Positions 1 to 12,873 of a stretch of 64,000 nt of DNA are shown piece by piece; positions within the stretch are counted from its first letter, which is position 1; the number at the start of each line of letters is the position of its first letter. The notes beneath the pieces were generated by a model. It did no database searches. It was not told where the DNA came from and worked only from the letters and a program-made list of their open reading frames with translations. The position numbers and the translations under genes were made by a program. This DNA comes from an uncultured Nitrospinota bacterium (GTDB lineage Bacteria; Tectomicrobia; Entotheonellia; J063; CAVPRW01). Location: positions 88,671 through 152,670 of the forward strand of contig CAVPRW010000021.1 of the NCBI GenBank assembly GCA_963707985.1. The letters are read 5' to 3'.

Positions 1-447
1 TATGTGCTGTGAATGCCGCTATGGAGACGCGTTTCAGCTTGCAGTTTCAAATAACGGATGCTATGTTCCCCCTGTGTATCATGGTTCTCCTATTGGTCCA
101 AAGTGTAGGAGTCGCGGCTATTCTACAACGAGTCCCAACGATCATCAAGATGTCGTGGCTGAATTTTAGCACAGACATAGAGTTGACGGTCTAGAGTTCG
201 CTTGTACTGACAGCACATTGTAGGCCATCTCTGATGATTCCAGCATTGACCGCAGGCCGTGCAGATGTGCTTGCGACGAATGGCTACCCGCTTGTTTCCA
301 CGTTGTTGCATGTCCAGGGTGAAATCGGGTGACCCGACAACGACCCCGTGTTTCACACAGGACACATTGGTGTGTGGGCCGCATTTCTTATGCGCGCTGG
401 ACGACGCAGGTGGGAGGTCGTCGGCGACGACAGCTTTGAGGACAACG

Positions 448-2177
448 ATGCTGTCCAAGCGATGGGAAAGTGCTCCTCCGAACCCTCGAGGTGAAGAAAA
501 GCTAGCGGCAGCGCTGCAGATTCGACCGTTGGCGGCCCGACTGCTGGTAAATCGCGGCATCACGAGTATCGACGCCGCGCGCGAATTCCTCACCCCGTCT
601 TTACAGCGCCTCCATGATCCATTTCTTATGCACGGCATGGCAGAGGCGGTGCATCGTCTGACCCGCAGTCTGCGCGACCAGGAGTCTATCGTCATTTATG
701 GTGATTACGATGTGGATGGGATCACTGCGACCGCGGTGTTGAGTTGGTTTTTCCGTGACATCGGCGTACCGGTCCCCTACTATCTGCCGCATCGTATGCG
801 GGAAGGCTATGGGCTCAATGCCGAGGCGGTCCGAAAGCTTGCCGCTCAGGGCGCACGCGTCCTCATCACTGTTGATTGTGGTATCACCGGTCACCACGAG
901 GTCCAACTCGCCAGAGGGCTGGGGATGGATGTGATTGTCACGGATCACCATCAGGTGCCGCCGACGCTCCCTGATGCGGTGGCCGTGCTGAATCCTCATC
1001 AATCGGAGTGTGGCTATCCGTCCAAGGAACTAGCCGGTGTGGGGGTCGCCTTCAAACTGGTGATGGCGCTGCGAGGACGACTGCATCGGGAAGGGCGGTG
1101 GGCTGGCAAGACCCCGAATTTGCGCCGCCACCTTGACCTGGTGGCGCTGGGGACGATCGCCGATATTGCCCCCCTACATGGGGAAAATCGCATTCTAGTC
1201 AAGCATGGCTTACAGGAGCTGACCCGCAGCCAAAAACTTGGTGTGCAAACGTTGAAACACGTGACCCATCTGACCGAGCAAAATATCGGCCCGCGGCAGG
1301 TGGGCTTTACGCTGGCGCCCCGTCTGAATGCCGCCGGCCGGCTGGCGGCCGCGCAGGCGGGGGTAGAGCTCTTGCTATCCGAGGATGTGGAACAGGCTCA
1401 GAAGTTGGCCCTATATTTGGACTCGGTCAATCGCGAGCGTCAATTGGTCCAGGCCCAAATCTATGCCGAAGCGAAAGCCGCTATCGAGGCCGACGGCGGA
1501 GCCGATGGCCGCTGGGCCATCGTACTCGCCTCGGAGCACTGGCATCCTGGAGTGGTGGGAATCGTCGCTTCAAAATTGGTGGAGGACTACGGTCGGCCGA
1601 CGGTGCTCATTGGTCTCGAGGGCGATACCGGCAAGGGATCTGGTCGGAGCATTGCCGCCTTCCATCTGTACGATGCACTGGTGGCCTGTCGAGACCACCT
1701 CGTGGGGTTCGGGGGCCATGAGCACGCCGCAGGGATCCGCATTCATCGCGAGCAAGTGCCCCGCTTCGAGGAGACTTTGAATCGCGTGGCTCGTGAGCAA
1801 TTGACCGCGGTGGACTGCACGCCGCTATTACCCATCGATGCGGAGATTCGCCTGCAAGGAGATCGACGAGACACTCCTGCAGTTCATCGAGCAGCTCGAA
1901 CCTTTCGGTGAAGGGTAACCCGCAGCCGATGTTGCTGGCGCGCGGAGTAGAAGCTCGCCGGCACACCGACCCTCGTAGGTCGCGAGCAGCAACATCTCCG
2001 TTGACGTTTCGGCAAGATGACATGCTGATACGCGGCATAGGGTTTGCCATGAGTGAACGGCTCGCACAGATGAAAACCGGTGTACTTGACATTGTGTTTA
2101 CCCCTCAACGTCACGTGTGGAAGGAACGCGAGGAACTCCAGCTAGTTCTGCGGGACTTCGTGCCCCATACTGGTTGA
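448..2177 (+). CDS. recJ: Single-stranded-DNA-specific exonuclease RecJ (frameshifted near 1857 and 1912)
   Basis: GDYDVDG, TVDCG, TDHH (DHH), LGTIAD and GSGRS/GGH DHHA1 motifs. Likely start is ATG 448 after GAGGA. The C-terminus (GNPQP...LQLVLRDF) continues in ORF 1908..2177. Confidence 0.93.
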
Positions 2178-2316
2178 CTTCATGACGTGGTTGGTCTACT
2201 ATGAGGCGAGGGCGAGGATAGAACCCTGTGAGCCACCGATGGGCATCAACTGGAGCGCTGCTGCTGACGGAGGGAAGGTGGGTGGGGCCCTGAATAGCCA
2301 ACCCGGGGATCAATCG

Positions 2317-4125
2317 ATGTACTGCCCCTTTTTTGGCCTCCAAGAAAAACCCTTTAGTTTGACTCCCGACCCACGATTCTTGTTCCTCAGCCCGTCCCAT
2401 CAAGAGGCGCTCGGTCATTTGTTGTATGGGATTGAAGAGCGGAAGGGTTTTATTTGCGTGACCGGGGAAGTGGGCACGGGAAAGACCCTCCTCTGCCGCG
2501 CCTTGCTTGACCGCCTGGGCCGCCATGTCCGCACCGCGCTGATCTTCAATTCGTTCCTTTCGGAGATCGAGTTGCTACGCTCGATCAATGAGGACTTTGG
2601 CATCTCTCGGGGTGGCGGCGACACGGAAGGAGCTGATCGATCATCTGAACTGAGTATTTGATTGGGAGTTCAGCGCCGGCCGCAACGCTGTCCTGATTGT
2701 CGATGAAGCACAAAATCTGGCATCCCCGGTGTTGGAACAGATTCGGATGCTATCGAATCTCGAAACCGAGCGGGGAAAGCTTCTACAAATCGTCCTCATC
2801 GGACAACCCGAATTACGCCAGCAGCTCAGTCGCCCAGAGTTGCGGCAGCTCAACCAGCGCATCGCCCTGAGATATCATCTTCAGCCCTTCGACTCGCCAG
2901 GAAACTGAGGATTATATCAATCATCGGCTGGTGGTGGCAGGCTCGCATGGCGGTGTCAAATTTTCGCGACGGGCCTTATCCGCCATTTATCGGCTTTCCG
3001 ATGGCATTCCCCGTCAGATCAACCTCCTCTGCGATCGTGCCATGTTGGCAGCCTATGTTCATGAGAGCAACCTCATCGAACATACGCTATGTGCGCCAGG
3101 CCTCGATCGAGTTGCAGGGCAGGAGAGCGTCTCCTCTCGATCCGAGTGCACAGGATATTTCTCGCCACCGACTTCCTGATCATGCAAGGACTCCTCCTGG
3201 GCTCTGGCACTAGCGGTCGGAGGGGGAACCTGGCTGGGACTAAACTGGTCTAGAATCCTCACATTCCTGGTTGTTCTCCCAGGAGAAATGACCGAAACTT
3301 CTGCGAAAAGCTTGATGACCCCGTCAGATGGCGAGGCAGAGCCTCCAAATGGCCTTGCCATCGCTAAGTTCCCCGGGATCAGCGATGATCACTCACTCCT
3401 CAAGACCGCGAGACTTTCCCATCGCTCACGAGCGATGGCATGAGCGGGGAACCCTTCGACTGTCAGGGGAAGCTATGGAAGCTCGGCCCCGGAGCATCAC
3501 CGGGATCAGCGGCTTGCCTCCTGTCCGGTCTACTGGGAGAAGTGCTCCTGCGCGCCCTGTTGGTGGAGTTTCACCGCGACCTCCAGCAGCGGCGGGATCG
3601 AGTGCCAAAACCACGCTGATGACCGTGGCGTCTGGCTTCGGTCTGGAGATGCTGCCGATCCGCATCGACCTGCACCGCCTCAAACAGTTTCGCGTGGCCT
3701 GCTTGGTAGAGACCGCTTCATCCCAAGGGTCCGACCCGATTCTGCTAATCGCGCGGGGCGTATCCGCGGACGGTGTCGAGTTGACCGATGCGAGCGGTGT
3801 GATCCGACGGCTGGGGGATGCGGAATTCGTCAAGAGTTGGTCTGGGCAGGTGTTTCTGTTCCACCGACGCGGGCTCGAATTACGACAGATCCTCTCACGT
3901 GGTAAGCAGAATCCAGAAGTGCGGATATTACAGCGGAGGCTCGCTGAACTCGGATACTTGGAGACGGAACCCTACGGGGCTTCTTCGATGATGGGACGGC
4001 TGAAGCAGTGCGTCGCCTGCAAAAAGAGCATGCGATACAGGTCGACGGGGCTGCAGGTCCCGCCACCAAGATCGTGCTTATACCATCTGGTTGGACGCTC
4101 GCTCGCTGAGGTTCGGCAGGAATGA
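2317..4125 (+). CDS. gspA: ExeA/GspA-type AAA ATPase with C-terminal peptidoglycan-binding domain (several frameshifts)
   Basis: MYCPFFGLQEKPFSLTPDPRFLF start, Walker A GEVGTGKT, Walker B VLIVDEAQNL in a shifted frame, GIPRQINLLCDRAML, and C-terminal VRILQRRLAELGY (PG_binding_1-like). Confidence 0.85.
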
Positions 4126-5019
4126 GCATTATCCACGAAGCCCTGAAAAAGGCTGAGCGCGAGCGTGAGCCGCGTCCAACGAGGTTGCCCTTCTACGGCG
4201 GAGCGCGTACAGTCCGTCGGAGATGGCGCCGCGACGCTGCCACCGGCATGCTGATTGGCCTAACCACAGTCGGGGCCGTCACGTCTTTGGCTATGGTTAC
4301 ACGCCCCAGGGGGGAACCTTTCGGTCAGCACCGTAGGCCCGATGACACAGGACTCGCCAGTAATGGCGCTCGAAGGTGACGATCAAACCGCGCTGCCGAC
4401 GCTCATCCCCAATCCCCCGCCAACCCAGCAGCCACTCGCTGGGGTGCCGCCACTGCATGCGGCCGACGTCCCACATCCCTCCGTTCCCCGCACACTGACG
4501 TTGGAGACACAGGCCGCAGCCCTGGCAACGTTTGAACGGGCACGAGCGGCTGAACTTAAGGGGCAATGGGAAGAAGCCATGGGTCTTTACCGTCAGGCTC
4601 TCACACTCGACCCAACCCTGGTAGAGGCACGGAATAATCTGGGGACTCTTTACGTCCGCCAACAACAGCTGACAGCCGCCATCGACGAATTCCGCGCGGC
4701 GATTCGCGTTGAGCCAAACTACGCCATGGTACGCAATAATCTTGGTAGCGCCTACATCTTGAGCGGACAGGAAACTCTGGCCATTCAGGAGTTCCTGGCG
4801 GCGTTGCACATCGACGGCACCTACGTATCGCCGCTGTATAATCTAGCCTCGCTGTATGCTCGGCGTGGGGATGTCGGTCAAACGGTCGCATTTCTGACAA
4901 GAGCGCTGGCGATCGAGCCGGCAGTGTTGTCCTGGTTGCAAGATGACCATGATTTTGACGGCATTAAAGCCGCTCCAGATGTTCAGCGCCTGTACACGCA
5001 GGGGCAAGTCAAACGCTGA
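4122..5019 (+). CDS. GspB/ExeB-like membrane protein with C-terminal TPR repeats (frameshift near 4285-4320)
   Basis: N-terminal MSIIHEALKKAERER is typical of GspB, followed by a hydrophobic segment. TPR repeats (EARNNLGTLY, VRNNLGSAY, LYNLASLYA) lie in ORF 4342..5019. Start overlaps the exeA stop (ATGA). Confidence 0.7.
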
Positions 5020-5134
5020 TCCCGGTGGCAAGGCAGAGATGCCGACATGTCGCCGGGTTGAGCCAATAGTCCCCCAGTCATGAGTCTCGGCTCGACGCTT
5101 GACATGACGTAGACTACGGGTGTGGAGCAGGTTG

Positions 5135-6105
5135 ATGGTCTCAGTAAAGCGTTATCTCTGGCTCATTCATTTAGCACTCATCGCGGCCGGTGTCTATATT
5201 GGCTCGGACCTCTTTTGGGCGATCGTCGGCTCACATATCGAACCTGGGTAGCCGCGTTCCGATCGCCTCTCCCTCGGCTGCGACGGCAACGACGGAACAA
5301 CGGGCCTTACAACAATATGCCGTGATTCAGGAACGTAATCTCTTCGGCGCCAAGGGGCGAGCCCGACGGCCCGAGACCTCCACCGCCCCCGCCCCCGCCA
5401 CCGCCTCCAAAACCGGCGGCCAATCTGAAACTAGTCGGGACGGTGGTTGGTCCCCCTGAGCGTACCTACGCCGTGATCGAAGACTTGAGCTCGAAACGCC
5501 AGGAGCTGTATCGACTCGGTGATGTTGTGCGCGAGGCCAAGGTCGTTGAGGTGACACGAAATCGGGTCGTGCTCGATAACCGTGGTCGCCGCGAAGAGTT
5601 GTTCAGCTTTGAGAAAAGCGATAGCGCTGGCGCGGCCGCCGAGTGGCCCGCCGCACGCCAATCGGCGGCACCTCGCCGCCCACCGTTTGCCCTGGAGTCG
5701 CCACCCAAGGAGCCACCGCCGAATCCACCGCAAGAGAAGAAGATGAACTGATGCCGCCGAATCGGAGCTGGAGCGGGTCAGTGAGAACGTGTGGCGGATC
5801 AACCGGGATGACCTGGTTGAACAGCTTGGACAATTTCGGGCAAATGATGCGAGAGGCACGTTTAACGCCCCATTTTACCGGGGGACAGGCGGATGGCTTC
5901 ATGATCTACTAACTTGCCGAGCAATAGCTTCCTGGGACGTATGGGGCTACGCAATGGCGACATCATGAAGGGGGTGAACGGCCAGAAGTTCGGCAGCCTG
6001 GAAGAATTCTTCCAGGCCTACCAGCAGTTGCAAACCGAGCCCATGCTACAGCTCGAGGTCGAGCGCAGTAACCGTACCGAAACGCTCACCTACGAGATTC
6101 GCTGA
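5135..6105 (+). CDS. gspC: Type II secretion protein GspC with PDZ domain (multiple frameshifts)
   Basis: N-terminal TM segment, ERNLFG, LVGTVVG..YAVIED..QELYRLGD (HR domain), C-terminal PDZ MGLRNGDIMKGVNG. Sits directly before gspD. Confidence 0.8.
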
Positions 6106-6139
6106 TCGCATGCGAAACGTACTTACGAGGCAAGAGTCT

Positions 6140-8320
6140 ATGCGCAGTGGGAAAAGACTGCTTGGGTGGTTGACCTTGCTCCTCGTCGCATGGGCCGGGA
6201 CGCTCGAAGGCGTGCGGCTCGACAGCGAACCCCGCACTTCGCGTGAACGCCGCGGGGAGGGGGCGCAAGGCAGCGTCTGGTGATAATCTCGTGTCCTTGG
6301 ATTTCGACAATGTTGATCTTAAAGTATTCATCAAATATGTCAGCGAGATCACCGGACGCAACTACGTGGTCGACGATAAGGTACGTGGACGCATTACCTT
6401 GATCTCGCCAACCAAAATTCGCGTCGATGAGCTCGAACGGGTCTTAGAGTCATTGCTCGAATTGAACGGCTTCACCGCTGTGCCTTCTGGGAGCGTGACG
6501 AAAATCGTCCCCCTGCGCGAAGTCAAGCAGCGAGGCGTGGAAACCGATGTCGGACGGGATCCCCGAGAAATCGCAGCCGATCGATCGGATGGTCACACAC
6601 CTCGTGCCGTTGCGCTTTGCCGATATCAACGAAGTCCGGAACATGCTGACCCCACTGGTCTCCAAGGACGGAAATATTACTGCCTATGGGCCGTCGAACA
6701 CGATCATCCTAACCGATCTGGCTTCCAACGTGAATCGGCTGGTCAAGATTATCCAGGAAGTCGATATCAAGGTCACCGATGAGCAGATTGCGGTCGTCAC
6801 CTTGAAGTTCGCTTCAGCAATCGATCTCGCACCACAGATAACAGCGGCTGTGGAGGCCAAGCTTGGTGAGACAGGGGGAGCGGCAGCTGGGCGACCGCGT
6901 GCCGCACGTGGCGTGGCTAGACCCGGGGTCCCGGGAGCGGCAGCAGTGTCTGGACCCGAGAAGGTGTTCCGTGTGATCGCCGACCCGCGTAGCAACGCAC
7001 TCGTCATCGTGGCGGGGCGCGAGGAGATGGCGCTGGCCCTCGACTTGATCGCGAAATTGGATGTGCGTTTGCCGCCCGGGCGCGCCCAGATTCACGTCTA
7101 CTTCCTGGAAAATGCGCTTGCCGAGGACCTCGCCAAGGTCCTCACAGCCCAGGCTCAGGAATTGGTGCGGGCCGTCGGCCAGCAACCGACGCCCGGCGCA
7201 CGTCCACCAGGCGTCGCTGCTCCCGCCCCACCCCCGCCTCCCCCCCAAACGGGGCCGACCTCAGGGGTGGTCCCGACGGCTACTGGAGAGCGAAAAATCA
7301 CCATTACCCCCGACAAGGCCACGAATTCGCTGGTCGTCACCGCCATTCCGGAAGATTACCAAGCTTTGGTAGAGGTGATCAAAAAACTGGACATTCCGCG
7401 ACGTCAGGTTTATGTGGAGGCGGCGGTCGTCGAGATCAGTCTGGAGAAGACGAAAGAACTCGGTGTGGAATTTCGTTCGACCTCGGATTTTACGACCGAC
7501 AGCCCGGTGGTATTCGGCGGGGAGAGCTTTGGGTTGATCAACGATTTGGCGCGAAATCCGTTCGCGCTCAGCGGACTGGCGATTGGCCTCGTCAATGGGA
7601 CGATCACCTTCGGTGGGCAGCAATTCCTGAATATCGGGGCGATGGTCCAGGCCATTCAACGCCAGAACGATGTCAATGTGCTGTCGACGCCACACTTGCT
7701 GACGACCGACAATCAGGAAGCGGAGATCGTGGTGGCCAGCAATATCCCCTTTGTCACTTCCACGAGCCAGACCACGGTGAGCACGCTGACCTCGATCGAG
7801 CGCAAAGACGTCGGCATCACCCTGCGGTTCACCCCACAGGTCAGCGAGGGGGATAAGGTCACCCTGAAAATCTTCGAGGAGATTTCGGCCATCCAGCCAA
7901 CTGTGCACTGGCCTCGACCCTCAGCAAGTCGGCCCCACAACATCAAAGCGTACGGCGAAGACCACCGTTGTCGTCGATAGCAGGCAGACCATCATTATTG
8001 GCGGGCTCTTCCGGGATGATGCGGATTCGAACGAGCAGAAAATCCCTTGCCTCGGGGACATTCCCCTCCTTGGGAAGCTGTTTGGGCGAACGATAGACCA
8101 TAGTCAGAAGACAAATCTCGTGATCTTCCTGACGCCGCACATCGTGCGCACGGCCGACGATCTGAGGCGCATCAAAGAGCAGATCGGTGACGATTTCCAG
8201 AAGTTCGAAAACGAGCGAAGTATCACGGCCCCGAAGGTCAACCCGAAGCAGCCAGTGCTGTTGGAACCTGCGCCGCCGTCGTCTGGAGCTGAAGGTACAC
8301 CGCCCGCCCGGAGTCCATAG
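6140..8320 (+). CDS. gspD: Type II secretion secretin GspD (frameshifts near 6230, 6575 and 7905)
   Basis: Signal peptide, N0 VSLDFDNVDLKVFIKYVSEITGRNY, N domains, RRQVYVEAAVVEIS, NVLSTPHLLTTDNQEAEIVV, and IFLTPHIVR secretin end. Confidence 0.92.
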
Positions 8321-8332
8321 AAGGAGACCAGG

Positions 8333-10033
8333 ATGAAAACGCGCAAGCTGGAGGAAATTCTGGTGGAGCGTGGCCTGGTGCGTGAGCCCGACATCGCACG
8401 GCTTCTCGACAGCGAGCGTGCCCGGGGGCAATCCCTGGGAACACTGCTGGTCCAGCAGGGACTCATCACTGAAGAGGATTTGTTGGAGGCTCTCAGCGAA
8501 CAGTTTGGCCTGCCATACTGGCGCAAGCTTGAAGAGGTCGGCATTGAGCGTCTTCCGGTGTCGAAGGTTCCGATCGCGTTCTATCGCCAACAGAAAGTCT
8601 TTCCGATTGTCTGCACCGACAGCGGCGTGAAAGTGGCGGTGAGCGACCCGCTCAATTTGCAGCCCCTCGATGATCTGGCGGTGTTCCTGGGAACTCCAGT
8701 CGAGCCGGTCCTCAGCAGCGAACGGGAATTGATGGCGGCGATCAATCGGTTCTTCGATCGCGAAACCGGTTCAACCGAACAGGTGATGCAGGACCTGGAG
8801 GGTGAAGACCTTGGCGCCATCGCCGACGAGATCGAGGAGACGGACGATCTGCTGGATCTTGCCTCAGAGGCCCCGGTCATTCGTCTGGTGAATTCGATCC
8901 TTACGCAGGCAGTCCGCGCCCGGGCCAGCGACATTCACATCGAACCATTTGAACGTGAGCTCAAGGTTCGCTATCGGATCGATGGTATACTCTATAATAC
9001 CCTGACCCCGCCGCGGCGCTTGCAAGCGGCCATCAGTTCGCGCATCAAGGTCATGGCCAACCTCAACATCGCGGAGCGCCGACTACCGCAAGATGGTCGC
9101 ATCCGCATCCGCGTTGGCGAAAAGGATGTCGATATCCGTGTCTCGGTCGTGCCCACGGCCTATGGCGAGCGCATCGTACTCCGGCTTCTGGATAAGACCA
9201 GCGTACTGCTGGGGCTGGAGGAGATTGGCATGGCAGAGGCCACCTATGGCAGGTACAGCCGCTTGATCAAACGTTCGAATGGCATTATCCTGGTGACGGG
9301 CCCCACCGGCAGTGGCAAAACCACGACTCTGTATGGGACCCTTAACAAAATCAATGCTCCTGAGTTGAACATTATCACTATCGAAGACCCGATCGAATAC
9401 CAACTCGGCGGCATCGGGCAGATTCAGGTCAACCCGAGAATCGATCTCACCTTTGCGAACGGATTGCGGTCGATTCTGCGCCAGGATCCGGATATTATCA
9501 TGGTTGGCGAGATTCGCGATCGGGAAACAGCCGAGATCGCGATCCAGGCCTCGCTGACGGGACATCTCGTGTTCAGCACGCTGCACACGAACGATGCGGC
9601 TGGCGCCGTGACGCGCTTGATCGACATGGGAGTCGAAGCCTTCTTGGTGTCGTCCTCCGTGCTTGCGATCATCGCGCAGCGCCTGGTGCGGGTGATTTGT
9701 CGGGAATGTCGGGAGGCCTATCGTCCAGACCTCGCGTTGGTAAAGGAGATCGGCCTCGACAGGGCAAGTGACACTGGGTTCGATGGCTTCTTCTACCGCG
9801 GCAAAGGTTGCGCCGCCTGTTTTCAGACGGGCTTTCGCGGTCGATCGGGAATCTATGAGCTGCTGATCATCGACGACAGCATCCGCGGCCTCATCATGAG
9901 CGCTGCTGATTCCAATGTGCTTCGGCGGAAGGCCATGGAGCAGGGGATGAAGACCCTGTTTCGCGATGGCATCACGAAAATCGTTAAAGGTACCACCACG
10001 GTGGATGAAGTCCTGCGCGTGACCCAGGAATAG
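8333..10033 (+). CDS. gspE: Type II secretion ATPase GspE
   Basis: ASDIHIEP, ERRLPQDGR, GPTGSGKTTT, LRQDPDIIMVGEIRD, Cys4 motif. Intact ORF with AGGAG RBS. Confidence 0.96.
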   Translation: MKTRKLEEILVERGLVREPDIARLLDSERARGQSLGTLLVQQGLITEEDLLEALSEQFGLPYWRKLEEVGIERLPVSKVPIAFYRQQKVFPIVCTDSGVKVAVSDPLNLQPLDDLAVFLGTPVEPVLSSERELMAAINRFFDRETGSTEQVMQDLEGEDLGAIADEIEETDDLLDLASEAPVIRLVNSILTQAVRARASDIHIEPFERELKVRYRIDGILYNTLTPPRRLQAAISSRIKVMANLNIAERRLPQDGRIRIRVGEKDVDIRVSVVPTAYGERIVLRLLDKTSVLLGLEEIGMAEATYGRYSRLIKRSNGIILVTGPTGSGKTTTLYGTLNKINAPELNIITIEDPIEYQLGGIGQIQVNPRIDLTFANGLRSILRQDPDIIMVGEIRDRETAEIAIQASLTGHLVFSTLHTNDAAGAVTRLIDMGVEAFLVSSSVLAIIAQRLVRVICRECREAYRPDLALVKEIGLDRASDTGFDGFFYRGKGCAACFQTGFRGRSGIYELLIIDDSIRGLIMSAADSNVLRRKAMEQGMKTLFRDGITKIVKGTTTVDEVLRVTQE

Positions 10034-10048
10034 CAAAGGTGGTAGGCC

Positions 10049-11269
10049 GTGCCCGTCTACGAATATCGCGCTCTAAACACCTCTGGTCGTGCGGTGAAGG
10101 GTATCGTCGATGCCGACAGCTCACGCGCGGCTCGTCTCAAGTTGCGGCGCAATGGCATCTTTCCTACCGAGCTGCATGAAGAGGCCGCTACCCAGATCGA
10201 CAAGCGAGAGTTCGACATTCTGCGCTTCTTGCGACGTGTGAAGCTGCAAGAGGTCGCTATTATGGTGCGGCAACTCTCGACGCTACTCAGTGCCGGGTTG
10301 CCACTTGTGGAATCGCTCTCCGCTATCATCGAACAAGTAGCGAATCCCGCTCTGAAGAAAATCGTCACCCAAGTGCGCGAGCGGGTCAACGAAGGGAGTA
10401 CTCTCGCCGACGCCTTCGCACAACATCCGCGCATTTTTTCTGCTCTGTTTGTGAACATGACCCGTGCAGGCGAACGCAGTGGCGCCCTAGAGATTGTCCT
10501 TGAGCGTCTGGCCGATTTTACTGAAAACCAGGTGGCCTTTCGTCATAAGATCTCGGCTGCGATGGTGTATCCGATTCTGATGACCTTCGTTGGGATCGGA
10601 GTCTTGGGATTCTTGCTGGGCTATGTGATTCCCACGGTGACGCAGATCTTCGAGGACCTCAAGCAGACACTCCCGTTGCCCACCTTAATTCTGATGATGG
10701 CCAGCGACGCACTGCGGCGCTTCTGGTGGGTTGGTGTGGTGGTGTTGGCCCTCATGCTCTTGGGGATCGATCGCTATAGTCGGACTGAGGCCGGTCGCCT
10801 GGTCCTAGACCGCGTGAAAATCAAAGCGCCGATCTTCGGACCATTGGCGCTCAAGGTTGCGATTGCCCGGTTCACGCGTACCCTGGCGATCCTGCTCAGG
10901 AGTGGTGTGCCGGTGTTAACCTCTATGGATATCGTCAAGAATGTGGTGAGTAACCGGGTGTTGGAACAGGTGATCGAAGAAGCCCGCGATAACATCCGTG
11001 AGGGACAGGATATCGCTTCCCCGCTGCGGCGGAGCCAACTGTTTCCCCCACTGGCGACTCACATGATCGCGGTCGGCGAGAAAAGCGGCAAGCTCGAAGA
11101 TATGCTCATGCGCGTTGCGGACACATTCGAAACAGATGTCGAAACCACGGTTCAGGGGTTGACGGCGCTCATCGAGCCGCTGATGATTTTGCTGATGGGC
11201 TCGGTGGTCGGCTTCATCGCCTTGTCGATCCTCTTGCCAATTTTTCAAATTAATCAGATTGTGAAGTAA
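10049..11269 (+). CDS. gspF: Type II secretion inner-membrane platform protein GspF
   Basis: MPVYEYRAL, RQLSTLLSAGLPL, AGERSGALE, VGEKSGKLE, three TM segments. Confidence 0.95.
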   Translation: MPVYEYRALNTSGRAVKGIVDADSSRAARLKLRRNGIFPTELHEEAATQIDKREFDILRFLRRVKLQEVAIMVRQLSTLLSAGLPLVESLSAIIEQVANPALKKIVTQVRERVNEGSTLADAFAQHPRIFSALFVNMTRAGERSGALEIVLERLADFTENQVAFRHKISAAMVYPILMTFVGIGVLGFLLGYVIPTVTQIFEDLKQTLPLPTLILMMASDALRRFWWVGVVVLALMLLGIDRYSRTEAGRLVLDRVKIKAPIFGPLALKVAIARFTRTLAILLRSGVPVLTSMDIVKNVVSNRVLEQVIEEARDNIREGQDIASPLRRSQLFPPLATHMIAVGEKSGKLEDMLMRVADTFETDVETTVQGLTALIEPLMILLMGSVVGFIALSILLPIFQINQIVK

Positions 11270-11273
11270 GGAT

Positions 11274-12858
11274 GTGGGTATGATGAAGTCTGTGGTCGGC
11301 GTCGATCTTGGTTCCACCGCCTTGAAGGTGGTGGAATTGCGCGGCACATGGAAAGGGTTCGAGGTGGTCAAAACCGCTGAACGGCGGCTCCCAACGGACA
11401 CTGGCGTAGCTTGCCCACCCGACGAGACGGCGCAGGCCATTAGCGAACTCTTAAGCGCCCATGCCATGAAACCAACCCATGTGGTGAGCGCCATCCCAGC
11501 CCAAGCAACCTTTGTACGCAACCTCCCCCTGCCCTTCCGTGATCCGCGCAAAATCCGCGAAGTCCTGAAGTTTGAAATCGAGCCACACATCCCTTACCCT
11601 GTAGAGGATGTGATCGTCGACTTTGCGAAGATCCGTAACCTCGACACCGGCGGTTGTGAGGTGTTAGCGGCAGCCGTGTCAAAGAAGGTGCTGGCCGATC
11701 ATTTGCACATATTTGATCTCGCCGGACTGATGCCTGAGGTGGTCGATTGGGAGGTCTTCGGAGAGCTGAACAGCTATCTCGCCTGGCGACCATTAGCAGT
11801 GTTGGGGTCAGTGGCGCTCATCAATCTCGGTGCCAGCAAGACGACAGTCAAAATCATTCAAGATGGTAGTATTCGATTTACACGCAGCATTATACGCGGC
11901 GGGAATGCACTTACCGAGAGCATTCGGCAACGCCTGACTTTAACCACCGCGCAGGCCGAGGCGATGAAATTGAGTGATCGTGACCGGGACCGGGCCAGTA
12001 TCGCCGACACGATCGAAACCTTTTTGGGAATGCTGGCCAAGGAAATCGACCACACGTTGATGGCGTACAACATGCGTGCGGGTGAAGAACCCGTGCAGGA
12101 GATTGTCCTACTTGGCGGCGGCGCCGGACTGCCGGAGGCTGTGCCGTTTTTCGAGGCGCATTATGGGTTGCCGACCACGCGGTTTGATATGGATCAGCGC
12201 CTTTTTCCGCCCTCGCCAATGTCCCTCCAACCCCAGGCCAGCTTGATCATGCCCGTGGCCTTAGGCCTCGCCAGCCGGCAGCTGACCCGGAAGGCACTGG
12301 GGCTAGATTTCCGCCAGGAGGAGTTTGCTCTGCACAAGAGCTATGACGAGGTGCGGGGTCAACTCCTGTCACTCGGCGGTATGGTGGCCTTGCTCGTGGG
12401 ACTCTCACTGTTCGACTTGTACTATCACCTGCGCACCAAGGAAGCTCGGTTTGCTGCGCTCCAACAGCAGGTGGATGCCATTTTTTACGAGACGTTTCCC
12501 AGAGGTGCGACGAGTCAGCAATGCGGTGGGCCAAGGGCAGGAGAAGCTTCGTGAAATCGAGGCCAACCTGAAGGGCGTTGGTACCCTCAGTGGGCCACAG
12601 GGCTCGGCATTGGAGATGCTGCGTGAGCTGGCTAGACTGACACCACAAGGGCTGCCGGTGAAACTCACCGATCTCACGATCAGCACGGAGGGCATCAGCA
12701 TCAGCGGTGAGACCCAGTCCTTCGATGGCGTGGATAACCTCAAGAAAGCCTATGCCGCCTCGCCATATTTCGATGAGATTAAAATGTTCCCAGCCAGGGC
12801 AGGTGCCAGCGGCAAAGGCGTGGAGTTCAAGCTCAGCATCACCTTAAAGAAATCCTAA
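11274..12858 (+). CDS. gspL: GspL (PilM-like actin fold fused to PilN-like domain), frameshift near 12500
   Basis: GVDLGSTALKVVEL and LINLGASKT actin-like motifs, a TM segment, then a PilN-like domain in ORF 12325..12858. Confidence 0.82.
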
Positions 12859-12873
12859 CATGGGGGAGAGCGC

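Noticed and set aside
259-447. 63-aa N-terminal extension of RecJ in the ORF track
   Set aside because: A better RBS and family-like start sit at ATG 448; the extension looks non-coding.
1850-8000. Programmed frameshifting in recJ or T2SS genes
   Set aside because: Shifts are numerous, lack consistent slippery sites and hit unrelated genes; sequencing error explains them better.
9083-10036. Long antisense or alternative-frame ORFs (e.g. 9083..10036, 37801..38553, 22854..23588, 63239..63943)
   Set aside because: Shadows of well-supported genes, expected in GC-rich DNA.
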